This document shows, piece after piece, positions 26,225-38,514 of a stretch of 64,000 nt of DNA (positions are counted from its first letter, which is position 1; every line of letters begins with the position of its first letter). Origin of the DNA: Octopus bimaculoides (lineage: Eukaryota); assembly GCF_001194135.2 (NCBI RefSeq), contig NC_068981.1, forward strand, positions 178,467,308-178,531,307. Direction: 5' to 3'. The notes beneath the pieces were generated by a model that saw only the letters and a list, made by a program, of their open reading frames with translations, made no database searches and was not told where the DNA came from. A program made the position numbers and the translations under genes.

Positions 26225-26400
26225 GCAGGTGTGGCTCTGTAGTCAAGGAGCTTGCTTTTCAGCCATGTAGTTTTGGTTTCTACTGTGTGACACTTTGGGC
26301 AAGTATCTTCTTCTATAGCCCCATGCTCTCCAAAGCTTTGTGAATGCATTTTATAGATGGAAACTAAAAGATGCCCATCATATATTGTGTGTGTGTGTGT
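26225..26400 (+). mobile_element. SINE family B 5' half, diverged
   Basis: gcaggtgtggctctgtag...gggcaagtatcttcttctatagcc head similar to 51867. Confidence 0.75.
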
Positions 26401-27339
26401 GTAGACAGACATGCACCCACAGGCATGCATATATGTATTTTTGATGGTGGTTGTTTAACTTCATTCCTATCCTTATCAAGTAGACTTAAGGAAAAAAACA
26501 TAACATATAAAAGTATATACTATCCAATATTAAAGATTTGGTTGCTATTTCTAGCAAGTGGAGCCATTGCATAGAAGTCTTCATGCTGACTTGTGTGGGC
26601 AGTTTTGAGATTGGAAGTACATTTCTGTTGAATTAATTCACTTCATCTCTTTGTTATAACCTGAAGTCTTTACCCTAGCCAGTAACTTGAGGGTTAGACC
26701 ATGTCATGAGGATTTATTATTAATTAGCTATATGAAGACAAAATCCTTGATTTTGATCTGAAGGACCATTAAAATTTGCCGGAGCAATTGTAATATTAAA
26801 AGAAAATTATCTCCCTTAGAATGTATTTTACAAAGTTGTCTCCCTTAAACAACTAGCTTGCTTTCACACCCGAATTATTTAATAAATGAGTAACAGCAAC
26901 ATCACAACGATAATTTCTTTATTAACAACAAGGGCTCACAGAAAAGGAGGACAGTATTAAAGACAATATATAAACATAGTGGGTTGTTTTTATGAAGGGC
27001 ATATAAAAAAAAAGAGTAAAAAATAAGTAAAGAGAAAATTCCAACAAGGAGTCCCTGCAGAAAGATAATGAAGGAAAATCTCACAGAACCTATATCACTC
27101 TGATCCATGAATGTAAGCACCCTCTCTTAGTTGTCATTTTCCTGCCTACAGATGCATGCTCAGAGCTAACCTGTTCATTTGGGCTTTGTTCACTACTCTC
27201 ACCCACCTTTCAAATTTACTGGAGGGCAGTATTTTCTGCCCCACCTTCACCAAATGGCATTTGGGAAAGTTAATGAAGGTTTGGCTGAAGAGGAACATAT
27301 CCATTTTCAGTCTTCGAATCTTTTCCACCACACTGTCTC

Positions 27340-28372
27340 TTTTGTCCAACTGATTTTGGAGACTGTGGAATAAATGATAATCAGATGGGGCAATGTCTGG
27401 CGAATATGGTGGGTTCCTGTTCAAACTACACCAGCCTTTGAAATGTCATCCTCACTGTATGTGGCTGAGTATTATCCTGATGGAAGAACACCTTTCATTT
27501 TGAAACCAAAGATAGTTGTTTTTCTTTTGGCACTGACTTATGCTGCTTGCAGTAGATCTCCTTTGTTATTTGGTTTGGGTTTAAAAGTTCAAAGTGGACT
27601 AAACCTTTCATATCCCACCAAACAGATAACAACAACATACGTGGGTGAAGACCTTCTTTAGCCTGGAATGCTGATGTTTCTCCTTTCCTCACCCACTGTT
27701 TTCAGTGCTCGGCATTTTTATAGAGACCCTATTTCTTGTCACCAGTCACTATTCAGTCCAAAAAAGGTTCATTTGTGAGCCGTGGCAGGTAAGAAGAGCA
27801 CATATTCATGCTCTATAGACTCAGATAATTTATGAGGAAGCCATTGACCCAATTTGCTAACTTTTCCGTTGGCATGCAGGTGTTGATGAATGGTTGAATG
27901 ACCAATTCCAAGCTTCTCTGCTAGTTGCTCAACAGTTATGATGAGATTTTGTTTCACAAGGTTTTGCAGGATGTCCTTGTGGAGCCCTACAGATCTTCCA
28001 GGATGAGGCATATCTTCTAGGCTGTAGTTTCTGGCTGGGAATTTCTGGTACCACCATTGATACTGGCTTACGCTTGTTGTCCGATCCCCATATACTGCAT
28101 TAATATTCCTCGCACTTTCCGTTGTGCTGTTGCCTTTATTGAACTCATAAAGCAAAATATACTGAATATGCTACTTTGTCACTTCCATTATAGCTTTGAA
28201 AAAATAAGTATTAAAATTGAACTGCAGTCTTCAAAATTTGCACTAAGAATTAGGACAAGATAAAATTACTACCTGCTTTTATAGTAAAGTTGTTGCAGCT
28301 AGTTTATTCTGTCCTACTCCAACTTTTAGTTCATGCACCTGAAAAAACTGCATTATTTATGGGATGACCCAA
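27340..28372 (-). mobile_element. mariner (DD34D) 5'-to-catalytic fragment with TIR
   Basis: MLYEFNKGNSTTESARNINAVYG (HTH), LLSVWWDMKGLVHFELL, PPYSPDIAPSDYHLFHSLQN; TIR attatttatgggatgacccaa|TA. Confidence 0.93.
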
Positions 28373-28955
28373 TATAAATATTTTTTATCTAATTCTTGTA
28401 GAGTACCTGTTTAATGTTTTCTTTCTAGGATTTTCATTTTTATTGTGGGATATGTATTTTTGATCCAGATTGATCATACCACCTTAAAATTATGACTGCA
28501 CAGTACTTGTTGTTGAATTCCAAGTCAAACTTGTTCTGACAGACTTAGGCTCAAAACCCTTTCAGCCTTGTCTATCTGTATTTTGTAGGAGTATTTAGAA
28601 CTGTTATCATCTGATATGTTTTTTCCTTTTCTATGATGGTTGGGTGTGATTTGATGGAGGTTTGGCTGCTATTTCAGTAAGTCAAGTTAGCATTATAGTG
28701 TCTCCCTTGTTATTTTGCAATTGTAACCTATCAGATTTGAAAATAGCCCACAAATATCTGTTGTAATTTTGGATGTGTATTACCATCATTTGAGGGAAGC
28801 CATAAGTACCACTTAGAAAGATCATAAAGTAGGGCTTCAATTAACTAAACAAACAAATCAATGTGAAATAGTTATGGAGAGTTATTTATGCTGAATATGT
28901 CATTCCATTATCTAATTCTTTTTATGCCAGCAGAAAGTTTATATGGGACTCTAGT

Positions 28956-29203
28956 CATCATCATCATCATCATCATCGTTTAACGTCCGCTTTCCATGCT
29001 AGCATGGGTTGGACGATTTGACTGAGGACTGGTGAAACCAGATGGCAACACCAGGCTCCAATCTGATTTGGCAGAGTTTCTACAGCTGGATGCCCTTCCT
29101 AACGCCAACCACTCAGAGAGTGTAGTGGGTGCTTTTACGTGTCACCCGCACGAAGGCCAGTCAGGCGGTACTGGCAACGGCCACACTCAAAATGGTGTAT
29201 TTT
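28956..29203 (-). mobile_element. SINE family A
   Basis: (CAT)n tail plus body, 5'-truncated. Confidence 0.9.
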
Positions 29204-29528
29204 GTAAAAAGGAGAAATTGAAAAAAAATGCATCTTTAGAAAAGACCTGCAGTAAATATATCTTCTATAGGATTATGGCAAATCTGCAATTGATGTTGTT
29301 AAAACATACTATTTCAAATCAAGTAAATTTATGATATCAAGACAGCCAGAGATGTATGTGTCCATTTCTTTATTTGAAAAATAGAAAACAAAGAAACTGC
29401 TTTACATTAAATCATCAACTGGACTAGGTATTAGAAAATTTTATACTTAAGTTTCAGTATTGTAATTATTTTATATGGATATGTCTCTCTGTGATCACAC
29501 AGTGAGTGTGTACCTACCTAAACACCTT

Positions 29529-29574
<46 letters not shown>

Positions 29575-29597
29575 TTCCCCTCTTTCTTCTTTTCCAG

Positions 29598-29663
29598 CAT
29601 CTATTCCTGAAGCAGGTCCTCCACCGTCTACTGGGAATAAGTTTGCCTTACCCAGGGCTCGAG
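29598..29663 (+). CDS. SEC16: Sec16 exon 16
   Basis: long pyrimidine tract ccag / GAG|gtaagt; SIPEAGPPPSTGNKFALPRAR; phase 1-1. Confidence 0.85.
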
Positions 29664-30289
29664 GTAAGTACTTTCCCTTCCACTAACAATGTTTATCAGA
29701 TTCGTTGTTACAACTGACAATCCATCCTCCCCTTCATTCAAGTTAATAGCTTCTTACATTTGCTTTCCTTTTAGTAAATTAAACCAGTCATTTACTCATC
29801 TAAACTCCTAGTACAGATTCCAGAAAGCTTTTACTCTTAATATCTGGACAGTGTGATAAAACTGACCACCAGCTAACTGGTGCATAGATGAGTTACTGAN
29901 NNNNNNNNNNNNNNNNNNNNNNNNNNNNNNNNNNNNNNNNNNNNNNNNNNNNNNNNNNNNNNNNNNNNNNNNNNNNNNNNNNNNNNNNNNNNNNNNNNNN
30001 NNNNNNNNNNNNNNNNNNNNNNNNNNNNNNNNNNNNNNNNNNNNNNNNNNNNNNNNNNNNNNNNNNNNNNNNNNNNNNNNNNNNNNNNNNNNNNNNNNNN
30101 NNNNNNNNNNNNNNNNNNNNNNNNNNNNNNNNNNNNNNNNNNNNNNNNNNNNNNNNNNNNNNNNNNNNNNNNNNNNNNNNNNNNNNNNNNNNNNNNNNNN
30201 NNNNNNNNTATATATATATATATTAGGGATAAAAATTGAAAATAATAATGTTAGAGATTTGGGTTTATATGTATATGTATATGTAGGAC

Positions 30290-30562
30290 TCTTGCATCAA
30301 AGATGATGTATCAGCCTTCATCTTGGCAAACAGCCTGCACAAATGATTTGTTTATAATGATCAAATGTTTGTGCAGCACATTAGCTCACTTTCTCCATCA
30401 AATCAACATTGTCTGAACAGGTGCACTGTATACCATGTGATCACAGAGCAACGTGTGATGAAGTGTTTTGCTCAAGAACACAACGCACCGCCTGACCTAG
30501 GCGTTGAAACCATGATCTTGCGATCGTGAGTGCAACATCCTAACCACTAGACCATGTGCCCT
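30290..30562 (-). mobile_element. tRNA-derived SINE (family E-like head)
   Basis: ttgctcaagaacacaacgc...ctaaccactagaccatgtgcc, same head as 35240-35330. Confidence 0.7.
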
Positions 30563-31555
30563 CATATATATATATATATATATTAATTTAATTTTAATTT
30601 TGATAAATTAAATTAAATTGAATTTTTACCTGTAAATTTGGATTTTTATCCCTANNNNNNNNNNNNNNNNNNNNNNNNNNNNNNNNNNNNNNNNNNNNNN
30701 NNNNNNNNNNNNNNNNNNNNNNNNNNNNNNNNNNNNNNNNNNNNNNNNNNNNNNNNNNNNNNNNNNNNNNNNNCACACATTTCACTCTTCATCTTTGCAA
30801 TTACTAAAGTTTTAAATGTGTTTTAATTTAGAATAAATAAGGCTTGATATATTGCTACTGTTGTTTTGTTTTGTTGTGTCCTTGTCAAAGTTATGTTACA
30901 TTGGTGGTAATCACTCCAGCAGTAAACTAGTTGTTATTGTAGCCACATTTTGTCTGGAATGCAAATTGCATGTTTTGTAAACCCCCCCCCCCCAAAAAAA
31001 AAATTGTCAAAAGAGAGGAAGTTTGGCAAGCTTGTATATTCTCAAATTGTAATTACCATGGAAAAGAACAATACTATTGGTCCTTTTCTGTTATTAATTT
31101 TTGACATTAAGGTTTCTCTCTATTTAGTTATTTTATTAGTTGTATATCATGAGGTTGGCAGATGACTAATTAATATAGTAACTGCTGTTCAGCAGAAAAG
31201 GGGTCAACTAATTGGGATATTAAGGTTAGGAAATTGCATTACTATTGCATATTGCTGTGCATATTTTTATTTTTTTCTCTTTTTTTTACAAGGCTCTAAA
31301 CCACATTTCTTTTTTTCTCTTATACATACAGTTTAACTTTTTCTAATGCTGCAATAATTCTAATCTTTGGTGATTACTGCTACCCTAGTTATCTTGTTGA
31401 AGCAGTTTTATCATAATTAATATTTCACACTCCTTTTATTGTGTGCTTGAATACTTTGGTTCTCTGCTGCTCCCTAGTAATCTAGTCATCAAAAAGCACT
31501 CACATCCTTCTTAAATAAAATTTATTATTTTCTAAAAGAATTTCACCTTACCTGT

Positions 31556-31830
31556 TGTCGTCGTCATCATCATCATCATCATCATCGTTTAAGTTCCGCT
31601 TTCCATGCTAGCATGGGTTGGACGATTTGATTGAGGACTGGTGAACCAGATGGCTACACCAGGCTCCAATCTGATTTGGCAGAGTTTCTACGGCTGGATG
31701 CCCTTCCTAACGCCAACCACTCAGAGAGTGTAGTGGGTACTGACAACGGCCACGCTCAAAATGGTGTATTTTACGTGCCACTTGCACAGGAGCCAGTCCA
31801 GCGGTACTGGCAACAAACTTGCTCGAATGC
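31556..31830 (-). mobile_element. SINE family A with internal deletion
   Basis: (CAT)n tail plus body. Confidence 0.88.
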
Positions 31831-33012
31831 AGCAAAATTATCATAAACCTACAACTCTTAAAAAAATTTCAACTATATGAGAATTAGAATTTTGATGAAG
31901 GACAACTTAGAACCATGAGAAAACAAAATACAAAAGGTTCATAGTCAATAAACATAGACACCCATAGTCAGCTGCTTAACAGATATCATTGTGGTTTTGA
32001 CACTTGGGGAGTAACATTCAATCTGGCAGTATCAGCGGCATTAAAAACATTAGGCTACCTATATCTTCAATTTCTTTTCTGCTGCATATAACTAGTTTTT
32101 CATGTATACCCCTTCAATAAATACACATTGATTAAAATAAGTGCCAAACTTAAAAATAAAAATAATTATTGAGTTTGATATGCTTGACAAAACCCTTGAA
32201 TTGAAGTGTCCTCAGCTTGGCTACAATCAAATAACTGGCAAATGACTAAATGAATAAAAATATATAAGTACCTTATTTTTATTCATTTATTAATGTTGTT
32301 ATACTTGTAACAATTACTTCATGATATTTACAAATGTGTTTGACACAACTGCATCTTCAGTTACATCCTAACTCTTGCTTAGCCTTTACATATGTATTTT
32401 TATTAACACACTCACATACATGCTCATCCCCACATCAGACTGGAACCTGGTGCAGCTCTCTGGCTCACTGGTCCCAGTCAAAACATCTAATCTATGCTAG
32501 CATGGAAAGCAGACGTTAAATGATGATGACCATGAAGATGATGATGATGATTCATACATATATACAGTAGAGCTTAGCATTTTTCTTTTCTTGTATTCTT
32601 GTATTTAAATACAATTCAAAACACTTCAAACAAATGCAGAGAGCGAGAGAGAGAGAGAGAGAGAGAGAGAGGAACTTACAAAGTAGTGACGTCACAAACT
32701 TTGCTGTCTTGATATTTTCCCCTTTTCTTTCCTTCATGTTTAACTCCTCATGGCCCTTTCAGTCTTTTGTTTTGTGCATTTCTTTTATCAGTTTTATTCA
32801 CCCTCTCTCTTCATAGAATCCTTTGTTTTTATCTATCTCTACCTCCCTGTTCCCCACCACCCATGTTTTAGTGTCACATAATAGGTACACAGGTAGGAAG
32901 ACATTTTTGTATTAGTATTTAGATATTATGCTAGTGTTAACCAATTAAAATCTCATTTTTTTAATTCATGTTGTCATGAATTTTAATTTATATTTTCATT
33001 TAAATGTTGTTA

Positions 33013-33417
33013 GCACTCCGTCACTTATGACGTCGAGGGTTCCAGTTGATCCGATCAACGGAACAGCCTGCTCGTGAAATTAACGTGCAAGTGGCTGAGC
33101 ACTCCACAGACACGTACACCCTTAACGCAGTTCTCGGGGATATTCAGCGTGACACAGTGTGACAAAGCTGGCCCCTTTGAATTACAGGCACAACAGAAAC
33201 AGGAAGTAAGAGTGAGAGAAAGTTGTGGTGAAAGAGTACAGCAGGGTTCGCCACCATCCCCTNNNNNNNNNNNNNNNNNNNNNNNNNNNNNNGGAGCCTC
33301 GTGGAGCTTTAGGTGTTTACACTCAATAAGCACTCACAACGCCCGGTCTGGGAATCGAAACCGTGATCCTATGACTGCAAGTCTGCTGCCCTAACCACTG
33401 GGCCATTGCGCCTCCAC
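33013..33417 (-). mobile_element. tRNA-derived SINE family D
   Basis: minus-strand head tggaggcgcaatggcccagtggttagggcagc...ggtttcgattccc with A/B boxes; GC-rich body. Confidence 0.85.
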
Positions 33418-33519
33418 TTTCATTTAAATATGGATAGTTTAAACACCAGCCAAACCAGTCAATTATGGATAGCTTAAAAACCAGCCAAACATACAGTTAC
33501 TGGTTTGGCTGGTGTTTAA

Positions 33520-33755
33520 CCCTTTCATTATCATAGTTCAATTGAAATTCACTGCTTTTGTTTTAATTTTGAAAATAATGAAGAATTGAGTGAAATAATC
33601 CTTATCATTATTAAGCTAGTTTTTAGGACATTAATTAACATAAAATTTTGATGGAAAATTTTAACATAAATTACTTGAAAACAAAGTTCGTATGCTAAAA
33701 CCAGAAGCGGTCTCAGGCAGGTTGATTTCAAGATGATTAAATATTCATTAAAGGG
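33520..33755. mobile_element. piggyBac-type MITE
   Basis: TTAA|cccttt ... aaaggg|TTAA. Confidence 0.8.
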
Positions 33756-34995
33756 TTAATATATATTCAGTTCTGTCTGCTATAATTCCTTTTATTATCT
33801 TCATTAATATACTTTTAATACCTGTGTTCTTGAGTGCTGTACCATTATACTTGTATCAGTGGACACTGTTCATAAATGAAACCATCAGTAGTAACAGCTT
33901 CAGTAATCTTCTTTGTCTGTCTCTCAGTTGTTCTACTTTGATTGAACTGGTATTTTCTGAACCATCACTTTCATACTTAGCAGATTATGCTAATAAATCA
34001 TTCAGTATTATAAAACCTACTCTGAAAACATCTGCCTCCAATAGGATCAAAGGCAGAAAAGTGCTCCAGATATAATCTAAGCTGTCAATTAACCAATCTA
34101 ACATAAGTTATTGTTGCCTGTTCCTTGTGTCTCATGTTGCTGTGAACTTGGAAATATAATCTTTTTTATGATTTTTCTGTTTATCACTTTGTCTGAAAGT
34201 TTTAATGCTTTTTCACATTAATGGATACTGTAAAAGTATGGCTGTGTGGTGAAGATTACCTTGTTATAGGGTTTTCAGTTTGATCACATTGCAGAATCCT
34301 GCAGGCCATTGGGAAATGTATTCTACTTTAGCCTTGGGTTGATCAAGGCTTTGTGAGTGAGATTTTGGAGATGGAAATTATATGAAGTTCTGTCGTACGT
34401 GTGTGTGTGTGTGCGCACATATATATGTGCATGTAAATATTTGTGTGTGTGTGTNNNNNNNNNNNNNNNNNNNNNNNNNNNNNNNNNNNNNNNNNNNNNN
34501 NNNNNNNNNNNNNNNNNNNNNNNNNNNNNNNNNNNNNNNNNNNNNNNNNNNNNNNNNNNNNNNNNNNNNNNNNNNNNNNNNNNNNNNNNNNNNNNNNNNN
34601 NNNNNNNNNNNNNNNNNNNNNNNNNNNNNNNNNNNNNNNNNNNNNNNNNNNNNNNNNNNNNNNNNNNNNNNNNNNNNNNNNNNNNNNNNNNNNNNNNNNN
34701 NNNNNNNNNNNNNNNNNNNNNNNNNNNNNNNNNNNNNNNNNNNNNNNNNNNNNNNNNNNNNNNNNNNNNNNNNNNNNNNNNNNNNNNNNNNNNNNNNNNN
34801 NNNNNNNNNNNNNNNNNNNNNNNNNNNNNNNNNNNNNNNNNNNNNNNNNNNNNNNNNNNNNNNNNNNNNNNNNNNNNNNNNNNNNNNNNNNNNNNNNNNN
34901 NNNNNNNNNNNNNNNNNNNNNNNNNNNNNNNNNNNNNNNNNNNNNNNNNNNNNNNNNNNNNNNNNNNNNNNNNNATATATATATATATATATATA

Positions 34996-35330
34996 AAGGT
35001 AAAGACCCCCTTCAGTCATGAATGACCATTGCACCTAGAAAGTTCCCCTCTGAGGCAGAAGTCCAGGCAAGGTTGCTTATGCATGACCAGCAGTTGCCCA
35101 TGCATACCAGCCTTCCCAATCTATGTCACTAATGTTATCCAAGGGAAAGGCAAAATCTGATACAACTTGGCACCAGTGATGTTGCAACTTATTTCTACAG
35201 CTAAGTGAACTGGAGCAACATAAAATAAAGCGTCTTGCTCAAGAACACAACACACAGCTCGGTCTGGGAATCGAACTCACTACCTCATGATTGTGAGCCC
35301 GATGCTCTAACCACTGAGCCATGTGCCTTT
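34996..35330 (-). mobile_element. tRNA-derived SINE family E (CORE-like)
   Basis: tRNA head on minus strand; body acagctaagtgaactggagcaac...cttgctcaagaacacaac. Confidence 0.8.
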
Positions 35331-35397
35331 ACATATGTGTGTGTGTGTAATGTATGTATGTATGTATGTATGTGTATATATTTGTGCATTTTATATA

Positions 35398-36237
35398 TCT
35401 ATATACATAAATGTGTAATGGTGACTGTCTGTGTGTGTGTATTTGGGGGTACTCTAACTCCTACCACACCGTCCAACCGATTTTAATGATTTTTGGCACA
35501 TAGGTAGATCACATGTCCTGAAGTTCAAATAAGGCCGGAATTTTTTGAAAACTCGATAATGCTCAGTTGGTATCAATCTTTGTGAGCTCAGTCGGGCGTT
35601 TGAATGGAAATTCCCATAATGATGTTATTTTTCCTGTAACTTTTGCATTTTATGTCCGATTTTGATGAAAATCAATGAGTGAGTGAGGCTCATGACAGTG
35701 AATTGATGTCAGTATATGGCGTACATAAAAAATTGATAATTGCACCTGAGCAGTGATTTTATAAAATCAATAGGCTTTTTCTATGCAAATACCCATAAGG
35801 ATTTAATTTTGGGCCATAACTTTTATATTTTTCATCCGATTTTAATGAAATTTGAGATTTAGGTAAATTTTGTAGTATGGTTAAGGTTTTAATTTAATTC
35901 CAGAGGAATTGGAAGGGCACAAGTGTGTAGCAGCTTTTTTCAGAGACTATCAATTTTAAGATATGTTACACGTGATTACAGTTCATGTCCATAAGCTGAA
36001 TGTGGCATGTAGAGTTGACAAAAAAAATCGATAATTGCACGTGAGCAGGGGAATATTATTTCTTGCAATTGAACTACACTCTGATCAACCTAGGAATTAT
36101 CGGGTACCTCTGCTAAAGTACCTTTAACATGATGTCATCCATAAGATTCAGACAGAGATTTCATCAAGCAACGGTTACAACGGCATAGGATTATCCTTAA
36201 CACAGAAAACACGAACAATGCTGGGTACAACAGCTAG
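35398..36237 (+). mobile_element. non-autonomous Helitron-type element
   Basis: A|TCTATATAC... start with (TG)n, three ccgatttt(a/g)atga motifs, ends gctgggtacaacagCTAG|T. Confidence 0.72.
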
Positions 36238-36481
36238 TATATAAATAAATCTTTTACAATTCCAGGATGGAAAGACAACTACTATTAATATCAAATCCAG
36301 GTGAAAGCCCACATTATCTTCAGACTGCTTGGTCTGTCCATGTTGCAAACATTTAATTTTCCAACAGGAATGCTCCATGCAACCTGAAAATAATCTGGCT
36401 TCTGATTAGATTTGAAATTAATAATAGTTGCCCTACCAACTTGAAATTGTAATATATTTGTAAGCCTACAATAGATTTGCC

Positions 36482-36519
<38 letters not shown>

Positions 36520-36970
36520 CCTCTGTCAGTATTTTTTTCCCTGATGTAAAAAAAGCAAAGGATGTAAACATTGGCAAGAAAGCAAAAAAGTGGTTGTTTT
36601 GAATAAAACTACAGTTTGTAGTATGTGTTCTACCAAATTGCCTGATAATCTCCTGTCAGTCTCAGTCCGATATGCAGAGATGATTGGCCTCCTGGAAACT
36701 TGCTTTTGTTCAGCAAATGCAATATAGGATGAAACAAAAATAAAAATAATTACATTGACATTAACTGATATATGATTGATAAATACTTCTGTTTCTTTAA
36801 TGAATCCAAGTTACTTTTTAATGGTTGTTAAAAATTTTTGTATCTTTGATATGTATTGTGTGGTTATAATACAAGCTGTTATCAAAGGCAACTGTTTTCT
36901 CCATTAATTGATGGAATTTATTAATAGTGGTTAATCTCTGTTGAATTATTTCCTTTTCTTCTAAAACTAG

Positions 36971-37099
36971 GTACCAGACCCCAGTATGTTGATGTCATGA
37001 ATCCTAATGCTACAGCCCAAACTGTTCCAGAGAATCTCTTCAATGTATTGCCTCCAACCTCTTCTGCAGCTCCAACTCAAAGTATTTTTGTCCCTCCCG
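36971..37099 (+). CDS. SEC16: Sec16 exon 17
   Basis: ctag / gtaagt; TRPQYVDVMNPNA...SIFVPP (YVDVxNP and FVP motifs); phase 1-1. Confidence 0.92.
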
Positions 37100-37564
37100 G
37101 TAAGTAACAGAGCAGCATTTGTATAACTTAGCATACCAACCTTTTCAATGTTGCACAATCTTATATTAGCAAAATCTGAATAATTTTCAACATAAAGATG
37201 TTGTACATGGAATCTTTTTTTTGATACTGACAAATCAAAGCTTTAAAATGTTGATTTCTTTTGATTCCATACAAAGTGCCAGAGTTATCAGGAAAGGATT
37301 TTAGAATGCGTAGTATTTATGTTTTACTCAGTCCATATGGCTATAACTGACAATCAATAATGAATTTCTGATTTAGACCATTTAGTGTTTACTTATTCCT
37401 CTGTATTACTCTTCAACAACTTGGCTTTTACTCTACGGTATTTGCTTGGATCCTACCTCTCATTGAATGGCACTTTATTATTTTTGTTTTATCACAATTT
37501 GTGGCTAATAAAGTTGTTGATTACAAGTTTCTAATGCACCAGTCACTGTTTCTCTGCATTTTAG

Positions 37565-38057
37565 CAGTGAAGAGTGGCGAGGGAGTATCTGAATGCCTCA
37601 TCCATAGCCATTGCAGACTCCTTGACAGCCCCTTTATCCTCAGGTTGAGCAAAAACATCTTCACCTTCCATAATGATAAGCGACAACTTGATAAGCTGAT
37701 AACGTACACTGCTGTCGCTGACACTGTAAGACTGTCTGTAATGTGACAACGTCGGAAGTGAACACAACTCAAAACTGCAGAATTACACAATGCTGCTCAG
37801 CTAGCTGCTGCTGTGTCGACCTATCACGTCTTGTCATGTGTACACATAGTCAGCCAATGACATGCATGATGGACTCTTCGAGACATGCACACAACAGACA
37901 GGAACAAACGTATGAATTTTGTTTGCAGACTTAAAGTTAGTGGAAGCTATTAGTCTGCTAACAGTTTCCAAAGTTAGTGAATACTCTAATCTGCTAAATG
38001 CAAAGTTAGCTTTACTAGTTAGCTGTTAGCAGATTAGTGGAACTGTGCTTAGCACTG
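37565..38057 (-). mobile_element. hAT-like transposon 5' fragment
   Basis: minus-strand terminus cagtgctaagcac, subterminal (g/a)ctaac repeats, decayed ORF from ATG 37671 MEGEDVFAQPED... Confidence 0.62.
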
Positions 38058-38434
38058 GTTACAAGCATTTGCATTGGGTCTCTAACTTGAGGATACCTTC
38101 CTCCCTCCTAATCTTGGAGACCTTAGAAAGGATCATAGACACTGCTTTCCTTTCTGTCTAAGAAATAAAAATGAAGTGGAAATATTGTGGAAATCATGAG
38201 TATTTTTATACTTCTCAGATTGAATTAAATTCTTCCAAGGGAAAGCAATAGGCCAACTTCTTATCCAAGGGAAATTTAATTTCTCATCAGCTTAATGTTA
38301 TGAAAACTGAAACTTAAAGCACTTGCCTGATCCCATGGGCTTTTTAAAACTGATCAGTAATAGTTTGTAGCTTTATCTCAATTAGTGACCAATTTTTAGT
38401 ATTTTGGACTTTCATTAATTCTTTTATTTAATAG

Positions 38435-38514
38435 GTACAAGTAATTTTAATGAAACAAATGCTTCCACTAACAACAGTCAAAATGAGACAACTAACCAAC
38501 AAGAGTTATCAGAG
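38435..38514 (+). CDS. SEC16: Sec16 exon 18
   Basis: atag / GAG|gtaaga; TSNFNETNASTNNSQNETTNQQELSE; phase 1-0 bridges exons 17 and 19. Confidence 0.84.

Noticed and set aside
33340-33417. tRNA-like sequences (also 35240-35330, 51867-51940)
   Set aside because: They are SINE heads continuous with repeat bodies; no complete cloverleaf with acceptor stem
34357-35034. Long ORF-track entries (also 9691-10223, 12521-13022, 50035-50509, 60561-60958)
   Set aside because: Artefacts of N gaps and dinucleotide microsatellites
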